NCBI GenBank assembly: GCA_963711565.1
Contig: CAVQEQ010000001.1
Location: forward strand, 448,001 to 512,000
DNA: 64,000 nt
Reading direction: 5' to 3'
Source of the DNA: an uncultured delta proteobacterium
Lineage (GTDB): Bacteria; Desulfobacterota; Binatia; Binatales; Binataceae
Part shown: positions 9,280-18,273 of the stretch, one piece after another
Numbering within the stretch: the stretch's first letter is position 1
Layout: every line of letters begins with the position of its first letter
Position numbers and translations under genes: made by a program
The notes under the pieces: model-generated
Databases searched by the model: none
What the model was told of the DNA's origin: nothing
Seen by the model: only the letters and a program-made list of their open reading frames with translations

Positions 9280-11115
9280 CTACCGACGCACCCCGCGCCT
9301 CACAGTGCGGCTCGGTGGAACGATTTGGTTGCCGACTATCGCGTTGGTGATGTCGAAGCATCCCGTATCGCCATCCGAGTTGCTAAGGATCAACGCGAAC
9401 GGCCCATCGTCCAGAACCGTCAAATCGATACCGGTCAGCTCCAGGTTCATTGTCCATTCACCGCACGCGGGCGCCGCAGGCGTCGGCAGCTCGACCATCC
9501 TGACTGTGAGCGCCACCGGCGGCTCCACAAGGAAGATAGTTCCGTAGTTCTCGTGGTTCACCGTCTGCACCGTAAACGCACCCAGGCCGATCTCTAAAGC
9601 GTCATCACTGAGATAGGCACAACTGCCCTTGTAGATATCGACATCGATGCCGTTGAACGCATCGTCGGCCGCGTCGCACGTCGGAGCACTCTCGGTGAAA
9701 GTAAACGCCGTGTTGAGTTGATTTCCGCTTGGAGTGCTCGAATGGACTATCTGGAGCCTTTCGCCGGTAGCCGAGATCACAATCGGCATCGTCTGCAATT
9801 CGAATGCGCCGGCGTCGCAGAAGTCGGGATTGCCAGGGTCGGGCCGTGGAAAGCCGCGCTGGTCGGTGGTCAGTTTAACCGGCGTCGGCGACTGATCGGT
9901 GCAATCAGCGACCGGAATAAAATGGACCGCCTCGCTATCACCCTGTAGCGCTATTGTCTTCGTCGGTCCGCCGTTGTTCTGCAAACCCGCCGGATCCAGA
10001 TGCAGCGTCGTGCTGTCATTAAGACTGGTACCGCTGAAGCCACAGCTATCGTCGTCGGAGATGTTGTGGCCGAAGTCGGTGACCCCCAAAGCGCAATTTG
10101 TGGGAGTGCTGGTAGAGAAGATGCTTCCTTTGACACGGACGGCACCTCCGTTGACGATGGCGCCGCCGGCCGCCGCGCCATCGGGGCTGCCGCTGCCGCC
10201 GATGGCCTGATTGCCCGAAAACGTAGCATTGGTAACAGTCAGCGTGCCGGCGGAAAAGATGGCGCCGCCGTCGCTGTGACCGCCGTCGCTGCCGGCGCCG
10301 CCGATAGCTAGGTTGGCTGAAAAGGTGCTGTTGATGACGGTCGCCGCGCCGGCTTGATTAAGTATGGCCCCGCCGGCGGCGGCGCCGCCAGCAGCGCCAT
10401 CGCCGACGCCGCCGGTGACCTGGTCGGCCGAAAACGTGCTGTTGGTGACGGTTAGCGTGCCTAGGCTAAAGATGGCGCCGCCGTCGCCTTCGCCGCCGCC
10501 CACGCCTGTCGTGACGCCGGCACCGCCAGTGGCCCCGTTGCCCGAAAACGTGGAGTTGGTCACCGTCAGTGTGCCTTCGCTCCAGATGGCGCCGCCCTGG
10601 CCTGGCAAGCCGGAGCCGCTGCCTCCGACAGCGGAGCCAGTGGACTGGTTGTCCGACAACGTGCAGTTGGTCACCGTCACGGTGCCGCCCTCGTTAAAGA
10701 CGGCGCCGCCCGCGCCTTCGCCTTCCTCGTTGCCTAGCACGAATCCGTGAGCCAGGGTCAGAAATTGCAGGTTGAGGGTGGCGCCGGCGTTGACCATGAA
10801 AATTTCATACAAGCTCGCGCCATCGACAGTAATGGCTTGTCCGCTGCCATCGATCGTAAGGCTGCCGGGCGAGGTGTTCGTGATTTCCGGAAGCGCACTG
10901 AGCAGCGTTATCGTGCCGCTAACATTGAAATCAATGGTGTAAGAAGTAGTGGGTGAGGCGTTCGCGTTATTGATCGCGGCGCGCAGGCTGCCCGCGCCGC
11001 TGTCATTAATGTTGGTGACGGCAATTGTCGCCGCCCGCGCCAACCCGGACATCGCCAGGAACAAAAGCGGCAGTGCAATTGCGGTAAGCGCAAAGCGCCG
11101 ATTCCGATCTGCCAT
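9280..11115 (-). CDS. Secreted beta-helix/choice-of-anchor Q protein, paralog 1
   Basis: ATG 11115 after GGAGGGG; DSGAGSLRAAI; GGAI..GTLTVTNSTFS repeats; LQNNGGPT...DQRG...CDAGAFE; ends RRGVRR. Confidence 0.85.
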   Translation of the reverse strand: MADRNRRFALTAIALPLLFLAMSGLARAATIAVTNINDSGAGSLRAAINNANASPTTSYTIDFNVSGTITLLSALPEITNTSPGSLTIDGSGQAITVDGASLYEIFMVNAGATLNLQFLTLAHGFVLGNEEGEGAGGAVFNEGGTVTVTNCTLSDNQSTGSAVGGSGSGLPGQGGAIWSEGTLTVTNSTFSGNGATGGAGVTTGVGGGEGDGGAIFSLGTLTVTNSTFSADQVTGGVGDGAAGGAAAGGAILNQAGAATVINSTFSANLAIGGAGSDGGHSDGGAIFSAGTLTVTNATFSGNQAIGGSGSPDGAAAGGAIVNGGAVRVKGSIFSTSTPTNCALGVTDFGHNISDDDSCGFSGTSLNDSTTLHLDPAGLQNNGGPTKTIALQGDSEAVHFIPVADCTDQSPTPVKLTTDQRGFPRPDPGNPDFCDAGAFELQTMPIVISATGERLQIVHSSTPSGNQLNTAFTFTESAPTCDAADDAFNGIDVDIYKGSCAYLSDDALEIGLGAFTVQTVNHENYGTIFLVEPPVALTVRMVELPTPAAPACGEWTMNLELTGIDLTVLDDGPFALILSNSDGDTGCFDITNAIVGNQIVPPSRTVRRGVRR

Positions 11116-11188
11116 GGACCCCTCCCCGCGGCGACTCGACCGCGTTGGCAAATTCTCCGCCCCTAAACTAGCTCAGGCAGCGGTGAGA

Positions 11189-11217
11189 ACTCTCCCACGC
11201 CGGCTGCCCACTGTCAA
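11189..11217 (-). promoter_or_regulatory. Sigma-70-like promoter of paralog 1
   Basis: TTGACA-N14-TG-N-GAGAGT; same architecture upstream of all three paralogs. Confidence 0.6.
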
Positions 11218-11233
11218 TTTGTCGAAAAATAGC

Positions 11234-11306
11234 GCGGGCGGGATGCTATCTACATCCCGCCCGCAATCGTTCTCCTTCCTAAGTCTTAGCGATACTTAGG
11301 GAGGGA
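11234..11306 (-). terminator. Double hairpin/terminator downstream of paralog 2
   Basis: CTCCCTCCTAAGT...ACTTAGGAAGGAG, then GCGGGCGGGATG...CATCCCGCCCGC followed by a T-rich tail; homologous to 13159-13233. Confidence 0.65.
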
Positions 11307-11327
11307 GTTATGGGTCACTGGTTACTC

Positions 11328-13004
11328 TTACCGCCGCACCCCGCGCCTCACACTCCGGCTCGGCGGATCGATCTTGGCGCCGACGATCGCATTGTTCACA
11401 TCGAAGCAGCCCGCGTTGTCGTCTCCGTCTTCAATATACAGGGCAAATGGTCCGGAGCCCGTCAGACCGAACTCATATAGGTTGAGTTCGGACAACTCAA
11501 GGTTCAGGGTCCATTCACCGCACGAACCCGCCGGCGTCGGCAGCGCGACCATTCTGGCCGAGAGTATACCGCCGGTTGGGCCTGCAACCGTGTAGTAATC
11601 CGTTCCGTAGGTCTCGTGGTTAACCACCTGCGTAACAAAGTCCATTTCTGCAGACAAGCCACTATCAGGGAGATCGGCACAGGTGCCCTCGATAATGCCG
11701 ACATAAAGGAAATTGAACGCATCGTTGCCCGCGTCGCATGCGGCAGAGGTCAAACCGGGCCCGTTATCAATGAAAGTAAATGCGGTGTTGATTTGATCTG
11801 ACATATCGCCCGCATTTAAGAGCTGCAGCCTTTCGCTGCCCGGCACCAGCGCAATGGGCTCCTTGCCATCGAACTCGTATGCGCCGGTATCGCAGAAGCT
11901 CGGGCTGTTGGGCCGGGTATAGAACCGCTGGTCAAATATCAGCGCTTCGGGCGTCGTTTCCTGGTCGGTGCAGTTGGTGTCGAGGCTGCGCGCCAGGCTG
12001 GTTGATTCGAGCGCGACCGTCCCAGTCGGCCCGCCATTGTTCTGCAGTCCCAGAGGATCCAGCGCAACCTCGGCAGAAGTTCGGTTGTTTTTGCTCGAAC
12101 CGGCGGTAAAGCCGCAGCTATTGTCGACGGAGATGTTGTAATTCTTGTCGGTCACCGGTGGGGTAGTGATTCCGGCACAATTGCCCAGCGGCGTCGTCAC
12201 GCCGGTGCCCGCGTTCGCAAGGTTGTCCGCAAAGATGTTGCCCTTGAGGTCGGCGGTTCCCTGATTGTATATGGCACTACCGGTTTCTGCGACGTTATCC
12301 TCGAAAGTAGAGTTGGTGAGCTTCAGCGTCGCTCCAGTGTTGACAAAGATGGCGCCACCGCTGGTGTAGATGGATCCCAGGGGGAAGGCGACGTTGTTAT
12401 AAAAGGTGCTGTTGGTGATCTCGATCGCGCCAGTGTTGGCATAGATCGCGCCACCCCAGCTAGCAAGGCTAGCCTGAGGCGTAGTCTGATTATCCACGAA
12501 GAGGCAGTTACTAATGTCCAGATCGGTGCCGTTGGCGTATATGGCGCCGCCGAATTCGGTGTTTCCATCCTCAAGCGTGAGGTTCTCCAAGTAGAGTGCG
12601 GTGCCCGACCCAGCCACTATTATCCCTCCGGCTGGCACCACCTCATTGAGACCGGCGCTGATCGCAACGCCGCACGGGCCTGAACCCGAGCAGCCGAGGT
12701 TCGGGCCTATGATAGACAGGTCGGGGTCGGAAATGCTCAGCGGAAGGTCGCCAGCGTCAACATTGATGGTGCCGGTGACGTCGAAAAATATTGCGTCGTC
12801 ACCGGATCCCGCAGCACATCCATTCTGCGCCGTTTCGGTGTTGGCCGCTTTGACTGCGTCAACCAGGCTGCACTGGCCCGGAACGCTCCCGCCGTCAAGC
12901 GTGGTGACGCCAATCTCGGTAGCTCGCGCCATACCCGCCATCGCCAGAAATAAAAGCGGCAATGTAACTGCCGCAATGATAAAACGCCGATTTCGATCCG
13001 CCAT
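11328..13004 (-). CDS. Secreted CSLREA-like/choice-of-anchor Q protein, paralog 2
   Basis: ATG 13004; CSLVDAVKAAN; GGAIY repeats; LQNNGGPTGT...DQR...CDTGAYE; ends RRGVRR. Confidence 0.85.
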   Translation of the reverse strand: MADRNRRFIIAAVTLPLLFLAMAGMARATEIGVTTLDGGSVPGQCSLVDAVKAANTETAQNGCAAGSGDDAIFFDVTGTINVDAGDLPLSISDPDLSIIGPNLGCSGSGPCGVAISAGLNEVVPAGGIIVAGSGTALYLENLTLEDGNTEFGGAIYANGTDLDISNCLFVDNQTTPQASLASWGGAIYANTGAIEITNSTFYNNVAFPLGSIYTSGGAIFVNTGATLKLTNSTFEDNVAETGSAIYNQGTADLKGNIFADNLANAGTGVTTPLGNCAGITTPPVTDKNYNISVDNSCGFTAGSSKNNRTSAEVALDPLGLQNNGGPTGTVALESTSLARSLDTNCTDQETTPEALIFDQRFYTRPNSPSFCDTGAYEFDGKEPIALVPGSERLQLLNAGDMSDQINTAFTFIDNGPGLTSAACDAGNDAFNFLYVGIIEGTCADLPDSGLSAEMDFVTQVVNHETYGTDYYTVAGPTGGILSARMVALPTPAGSCGEWTLNLELSELNLYEFGLTGSGPFALYIEDGDDNAGCFDVNNAIVGAKIDPPSRSVRRGVRR

Positions 13005-13080
13005 GGACCCCTCCCCGCGGCGCGGCTCCGGCCGCGTTGGCAAATTCTAACCAGTCAACCAACTCTGACTTGTTCGGCAG

Positions 13081-13109
13081 ACTCTTTCACCCTGCCCGTC
13101 TACTGTCAA
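13081..13109 (-). promoter_or_regulatory. Sigma-70-like promoter of paralog 2
   Basis: TTGACA-N14-TG-N-AAGAGT. Confidence 0.6.
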
Positions 13110-13158
13110 CATAGAGTAACGTGGAATAGGCAAAACCGCCAGAAGCAACAATAACGGA

Positions 13159-13233
13159 GCGGGCGGGATGTCATCGACACCCCGCCCGCAATTCGTTCTT
13201 CTTCCCGAGTGCCCGTGACACTTAGAGAAGGAG
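13159..13233 (-). terminator. Double hairpin/terminator downstream of paralog 3
   Basis: Contains the GCGGGCGGGGTGTC...GACATCCCGCCCGC stem; homologous to 11234-11306. Confidence 0.6.
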
Positions 13234-13250
13234 TTTAGGTCACGTTGCTA

Positions 13251-14894
13251 TTACCGCCTCACTCCGCGTCTGACGCTGCGCGTCGGTGGATCGACCGCAC
13301 CGCCGACTATCGCATTGTCGATGTCGAAGCATCCCTGGTTGCCATCTCCGTCTACGAGTATCAGCGCAAATGGTCCGGGACCGGAGCCCGTCAGATCGAA
13401 CTCCGCCAATGAGAGTTTGGACAACTCAAGATTCAACGTCCATTCGCCGCACGCGCCCGCCGGCGGCGGCAGCGCGACCATCCTGGCTGAGAGTGTATAG
13501 CCGTCTGCGCCCGTCACCGTGAAGAAATCAGTCCCATAGGTCTCGTGATTAACCGTCGCCGTCGTAAAGGACATGGTGGTGAGCAATCCACTATCGGGGA
13601 GAGCGGAACAACTGCCTTCAACAACAAAGAGCTCAAGGAAATCGAACGCATCGTTGCCATCATCGCAGCTGGTGGAGGAGGCACCGGGCCCGTTATCGAT
13701 AAAGGTAAACGCCGTGTTGATTTGATCTGACATAGAGCCGGTCGAATGGACTATCTGCAGCCTTTCACTGCCCGACACGAGCTCTAAGGGCTCTGTCCCA
13801 TCAAATTCGTAAGCGCCACTGTCGCATTTGCTCGGGCTGTCGGGCCGGGTATAGAGCCGCTGGTCGGTTAGCACTGGATCGCCCGACTGGTCAGTGCAGT
13901 CTGTGTCGCGGCCGATCGCCTCGCTACCGGCCAAGAGCGCGATCGTACCGGTCGGGCCGCCATTGTTCTCGATTGAAGACGCCAACCCAGGGGAAGTGCT
14001 GTTGAGGCTCGTCCCCGAGAAGCCGCAGGACGCGTCGCTGGAAATGTTGTAGCCGAGATCGTGAGGAGTCACAGTTTCGCAGTTACCACCTGTGTTGCTC
14101 GCGAGGAGTGTGGCTTTGACGAACGGTTTGGCCATTGCAGCATAACCACCGCCGCCGCCGGCACTGTTCCCGTCGATAGTGCTGTTGGTGATCTTCAGGG
14201 TGGCGGAGTTGTTCATGTCAGCGATGGCGCCGCCAGCGCTGCCAGTCGGGGCAACCGTACCGTTCACAGCTTCATTGTCAGCAAAGGTGCTGTTGAGAAT
14301 ATCGACCGTCCCGGCACTATTAATATAGATTGCACCGCCCTTGCCGCCGTGAAAGCCGATCTCGTCCTTCGCGACATTCGCATAGAACAAGCAATCGTCA
14401 ATCTCCAGATCGGTGCCGTCCGCGAAAACAGCGCCACCCTCCCCGGCGAGTCCTTGTGTGAACGCCAAGTTTTGCAGCGTGAGCGTGGTGCTAGTCTCAG
14501 CAAAGATAATCCCACCATCTGCCGCAGGATTCTCATCCCCGTCGATCGTAATGCCGCATGGGCCGGTGCCCGAGCAGCCGATGGGCGGACCACTGATAAC
14601 CAGGTCGGCGTCGGAAATATTGAGCGGAGCGTCAAGAACGATTGTGCCGGTGACCATGAAAACTATTTCGTCGGTTCCGGTTCCAGCGGCGCACGTGCTC
14701 CCAGCAGGCACCGACTTGGTGTTGGCCGCTTTGATCGCGTCAGACAGGCTGCAAGCCCCCGAAACGCTCCCGCCGCCAAGCGTAGTGACGAGGATGAAGT
14801 TGGTTGGAGCGGCCTGCACGAGCCCCGACATCACCAGGAATAAAAACGGCAATGCAACTGCCGCAAGTGTAAAACGCCGATTCCGAACTGCCAT
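13251..14894 (-). CDS. Secreted CSLREA-like/choice-of-anchor Q protein, paralog 3
   Basis: True start ATG 14894 (MAVRNRRF) by homology to the other paralogs; CSLSDAIKAAN; NNGGPTGT...DQR...CDSGAYE; ends RRGVRR. Confidence 0.85.
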   Translation of the reverse strand: MAVRNRRFTLAAVALPFLFLVMSGLVQAAPTNFILVTTLGGGSVSGACSLSDAIKAANTKSVPAGSTCAAGTGTDEIVFMVTGTIVLDAPLNISDADLVISGPPIGCSGTGPCGITIDGDENPAADGGIIFAETSTTLTLQNLAFTQGLAGEGGAVFADGTDLEIDDCLFYANVAKDEIGFHGGKGGAIYINSAGTVDILNSTFADNEAVNGTVAPTGSAGGAIADMNNSATLKITNSTIDGNSAGGGGGYAAMAKPFVKATLLASNTGGNCETVTPHDLGYNISSDASCGFSGTSLNSTSPGLASSIENNGGPTGTIALLAGSEAIGRDTDCTDQSGDPVLTDQRLYTRPDSPSKCDSGAYEFDGTEPLELVSGSERLQIVHSTGSMSDQINTAFTFIDNGPGASSTSCDDGNDAFDFLELFVVEGSCSALPDSGLLTTMSFTTATVNHETYGTDFFTVTGADGYTLSARMVALPPPAGACGEWTLNLELSKLSLAEFDLTGSGPGPFALILVDGDGNQGCFDIDNAIVGGAVDPPTRSVRRGVRR

Positions 14895-14966
14895 GGACCC
14901 CTCCCCGCGGCCCCCGCCGCGTTGGCAAATTGTTCGCGAGTCAAACTGACCTATGAAGCCAAGCCA

Positions 14967-14995
14967 ATCCTTCCACCGCGGCAGGATACTGTCAA
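14967..14995 (-). promoter_or_regulatory. Sigma-70-like promoter of paralog 3
   Basis: TTGACA-N14-TG-N-AAGGAT. Confidence 0.6.
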
Positions 14996-15098
14996 TCACG
15001 TGAGCAAGACGCGCTGATTGGTCAAATACTGCGTGAAGGCGACATCCCTGCCCAAGGGAGCGTGAAACCCGCTGCGGGTTTCGCATAGAATTGACCCA

Positions 15099-16646
15099 AT
15101 GGTTCCACGCATCCACATCACGACCGCGATCATCTACAGCAACGGCCCACCGCACGTCGGTCATGCATACGAAGTGCTGGCCACCGACGCGTTTGCGCGT
15201 TTCCAACGCCGCAAGCTCGGTCCCGCCAACGTGACGTTCGTCACCGGCACCGACGAGCATGGTGACAAGAACAAGCGCGCAGCGGAAGCCGCGGGCCTGC
15301 ATCCCAAGGCGTTCGCCGACAAGATCAGCACGATGTTTCGTCAGGGATGGGCCGGGCTGGACATCAGCTACGACTATTTTGTGCGCACCACCGATCCCGT
15401 GCATCAGGCCCTCGTGCAGAAGATGCTCGCGCGCAGCTTTGATTGCGGCGACATCTACTTCAAGGACTACGAAGGTCTCTACTGCGTCGGCTGCGAGCGC
15501 TTCTATACCGAAAAAGAATTGCTGCCCGGCAATATCTGCCCGGTGCACAGCACTCCCGTCGAGCGGATCAAGGAGGGCAACTACTTCCTGAAGCTCGAAA
15601 AATATCGCGCGGCTATTCGCGCCAACATCGAGAAAAATCCCGACTTCATACGCCCCGAGCGTTATCGCAACGAAGGCCTGCGGATGCTCGATGAACCGCT
15701 CGAGGATCTTTGCATCTCGCGGCCCAAGGCGCGCCTCGATTGGGGTATCACGCTGCCGTTCGACGACAAGTACGTGACCTACGTCTGGTACGACGCCTTC
15801 TGGGCCTACGTCAGCGAGCTGCCCGACACCAGCGACGCGTCGCTGAAGGCGATACTGCCGGTGACGGAGCATTTCATCGGCAAGGACATCCTCAAGACGC
15901 ACGCGGTGTACTGGCCGGCGATGCTGCTGTCGGTCGGCTTGCCGCTCTATCGCCATCTGAATGTCCACGGATACCTGAATTTCGGCGGCAGCAAGATGTC
16001 GAAGAGCTCGGGCAGCAAGCAGGATCCGGTCGCCTATCAACAGACTCTCGGCCCCGACGTGCTGCGCTTCTTCATCCTGCGCGAATACACCTACGGCCTC
16101 GACGGCGACTTCACCGAACAGCGCGTGATCGATCGCTACAACTCGGACCTCGCCAACGACCTTGGCAACCTGACCAGCCGCGTGCTCACGATGGCGGCGC
16201 GGTATTTCAATGGCGAGATCAGCGCGACGCCGGGCGGCAGCGACCCACTCGACGTTGCACTCGTCGAGACCTTCACCGCGATACCGCCGCGGGTCGCGCC
16301 GCTGGTTGAGGACCTGGCATTCAATCGCGCTCTGGAAGCCATCTGGCAAGCGCTCGACGCGGCGAACAAATACATCGTCACAACGTCGCCATTTACGCTG
16401 GCGAAAGATCCGGCTCAGCTCCCGCGCGTCGCACAGATTCTCGCGAACCTGGTCGAAGGACTGCGCGTCGTTGCCGACAACCTCGAGCCGTTCATGCCGG
16501 TGACGTTGAGAAAGATTCTCAGCCTGCTCAACGTCGATGAAGAAATCGCGCGCGTGCCGTACGGACAAGGCATCAAGCGTGGCCATCGCGTAAACCCAAC
16601 GACGCCGCTGTTCCCGCGCATCGACAAGAAATCTCAAGCGCAATGA
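15099..16646 (+). CDS. metG: Methionine-tRNA ligase (short form, no C-terminal OB domain)
   Basis: PHVGH, GTDEHG, CxxC knuckle, GKDI and KMSKS. Confidence 0.97.
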   Translation: MVPRIHITTAIIYSNGPPHVGHAYEVLATDAFARFQRRKLGPANVTFVTGTDEHGDKNKRAAEAAGLHPKAFADKISTMFRQGWAGLDISYDYFVRTTDPVHQALVQKMLARSFDCGDIYFKDYEGLYCVGCERFYTEKELLPGNICPVHSTPVERIKEGNYFLKLEKYRAAIRANIEKNPDFIRPERYRNEGLRMLDEPLEDLCISRPKARLDWGITLPFDDKYVTYVWYDAFWAYVSELPDTSDASLKAILPVTEHFIGKDILKTHAVYWPAMLLSVGLPLYRHLNVHGYLNFGGSKMSKSSGSKQDPVAYQQTLGPDVLRFFILREYTYGLDGDFTEQRVIDRYNSDLANDLGNLTSRVLTMAARYFNGEISATPGGSDPLDVALVETFTAIPPRVAPLVEDLAFNRALEAIWQALDAANKYIVTTSPFTLAKDPAQLPRVAQILANLVEGLRVVADNLEPFMPVTLRKILSLLNVDEEIARVPYGQGIKRGHRVNPTTPLFPRIDKKSQAQ

Positions 16647-17425
16647 TTGTCGATACGCATTGCCATCTCGCGGACAGGAAGTTTCGCGACAACGTCGAGG
16701 CCGTTATTGCGCGCGCGACGGACGCCGGCGTGGCGCAGATTATCTCGGTGGGTGCGATCGGACCGATCGACTGCGATCGGCTGACGGTGGAAATCGCCGA
16801 GCGTCATGAAAATGTTTACGCAGTCGTCGGCGTGCATCCCCACGACGCCAGGGATTGCACTCCAGAACGAATCGCACAGTTGCGCGACCTCGCCTCGTCG
16901 AAAAAAGTCGTCGCGATCGGAGAGAGCGGCCTCGATTTCCACTACATGCACTCGCCTGTCGCCGCGCAGGAATCATCGCTGCGCGCGCAGCTCGCGCTCG
17001 CCGCGGAACTCGATCTTCCAATCGTGATTCATTGTCGCGACGCCGAACGCCGCCTCGTCGAGATCGTGCGCGAGACCGGCCTGCCGCCGCGTGGCGGCGT
17101 GATTCATTGCTTCACCGGCGATAGCAACGCCGCCCGCGAGTTCCTCGCCCTCGGCTTCCACATCTCGTTCTCCGGCATCATCACCTTCAAAAATTCCGCG
17201 CCGATTCGCGAGGCCGCCACAATCGTCCCCGACGACCGCGTGATGGTCGAGACGGATTCCCCCTATCTCGCGCCCGAACCGTATCGCGGCCAGCGTAACG
17301 AACCCGCCTACGTCACTCGCACGCTGGAGATGCTCGCAAGTCTTCGTCGTACAGACTCGACGGCTCTACGAGCCAAGATAATCGCCAACGCGGCTCGGGT
17401 GTTCAATCTCCCGCCCGCTTCCTAA
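16643..17425 (+). CDS. tatD: TatD family DNase
   Basis: DTHCH, GVHPH, GESGLD, HCF, ETDSPYLAP and NEP. Confidence 0.95.
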   Translation: MIVDTHCHLADRKFRDNVEAVIARATDAGVAQIISVGAIGPIDCDRLTVEIAERHENVYAVVGVHPHDARDCTPERIAQLRDLASSKKVVAIGESGLDFHYMHSPVAAQESSLRAQLALAAELDLPIVIHCRDAERRLVEIVRETGLPPRGGVIHCFTGDSNAAREFLALGFHISFSGIITFKNSAPIREAATIVPDDRVMVETDSPYLAPEPYRGQRNEPAYVTRTLEMLASLRRTDSTALRAKIIANAARVFNLPPAS

Positions 17426-17659
17426 CCTCCCCTTGTCCGAGGGGAGGTCGGCGAAAGCCGCTTGAAAAGCGGCGTCGCCGGGTGAGGTGCAACGCAAGAC
17501 AGTTCACCAACGCCGACTCGTCTAATCGCAATCCTGAGACACTAAGGCCGCCGCTCGACAGCAGCACAACTATACGCGGTTGCATCGGCCAGCGCTGCAC
17601 CTCACCCGTCGCTCACCTTCGGCTCGCGCCGACCTCTCCTCGGACAAGGAGAGGTTAGG
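17421..17659. repeat. REP doublet/MITE-like long inverted repeat (family A)
   Basis: CCTAACCTCCCCTTGTCCGAGGGGAGGTCGGCG pairs with CGCCGACCTCTCCTCGGACAAGGAGAGGTTAGG; inner arms CGGGTGAGGTGCA/TGCACCTCACCCG also pair. Confidence 0.8.
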
Positions 17660-17743
17660 ATCCCGCAAATTCACGAATCGGCTCCTGCGGGGTTGTAGGT
17701 ATCAAGAGCATCAAACAATGATAGCTGCTATCTGAATTGATGA

Positions 17744-18268
17744 GTGACTGACGCCATGCCAACGTTCAATCTCAAGCTGCCGCCGCCGTTCGAAGAGGCG
17801 GTGAAAACGATGGAGCGCGAAATCATGCGTTTCCTCGTGCGCTCGACCGGCGACCGCGACGACGCGATGGACCTGTTCCAGGAGACGTGGCTGCGCGCCT
17901 ATCGCGCCTATCCGACGCTGCAATCGGAAGACGGATTGCGCCCCTGGATTTTTCGAATCGCGTCGAACCTGTGCCGCAATCGCGCGCGCGATCGGATGCG
18001 CCGCGGCCGCGTGATCTCGTACGAGAGCGCCGACAGCGAAGCGATCGAGCATCGCGCGCAGCATCATCTTAATGGCGGCGGCCCCGAGGGTGCGCTGCAT
18101 TTGAAGCGATCGATCGCGCGGCTGCCCGGCAAGCAGGGACAGGCGCTGATGATGCGCAAGTTCGCGGGCCTCGAATATGCGGAAATCGGCACGGCGCTGA
18201 ATTGTTCGGCGGAGAGCGCGCGCGCAAGCGTCTATCAGGCCCTGAAGAAACTCAGGCTCGAAGAGTAA
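17744..18268 (+). CDS. ECF-type RNA polymerase sigma factor
   Basis: DAMDLFQETWLRAY and WIFRIASN (region 2); GLEYAEIG...ARASVYQALKKLR (region 4). Confidence 0.92.
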   Translation: MTDAMPTFNLKLPPPFEEAVKTMEREIMRFLVRSTGDRDDAMDLFQETWLRAYRAYPTLQSEDGLRPWIFRIASNLCRNRARDRMRRGRVISYESADSEAIEHRAQHHLNGGGPEGALHLKRSIARLPGKQGQALMMRKFAGLEYAEIGTALNCSAESARASVYQALKKLRLEE

Positions 18269-18273
18269 CCAAT

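Noticed and set aside
9280-14894. Autotransporter, PEP-CTERM or diversity-generating-retroelement interpretation of the three paralogs
   Set aside because: No terminal beta-barrel or aromatic residue, no TM helix before the basic tail, and no reverse transcriptase or adenine-specific TR/VR pair seen
13251-16643. 1130-aa minus-strand ORF as one giant protein
   Set aside because: The first ~580 aa are mostly the open antisense frame of metG plus intergenic DNA; the real gene starts at ATG 14894, matching its paralogs' leader and RBS
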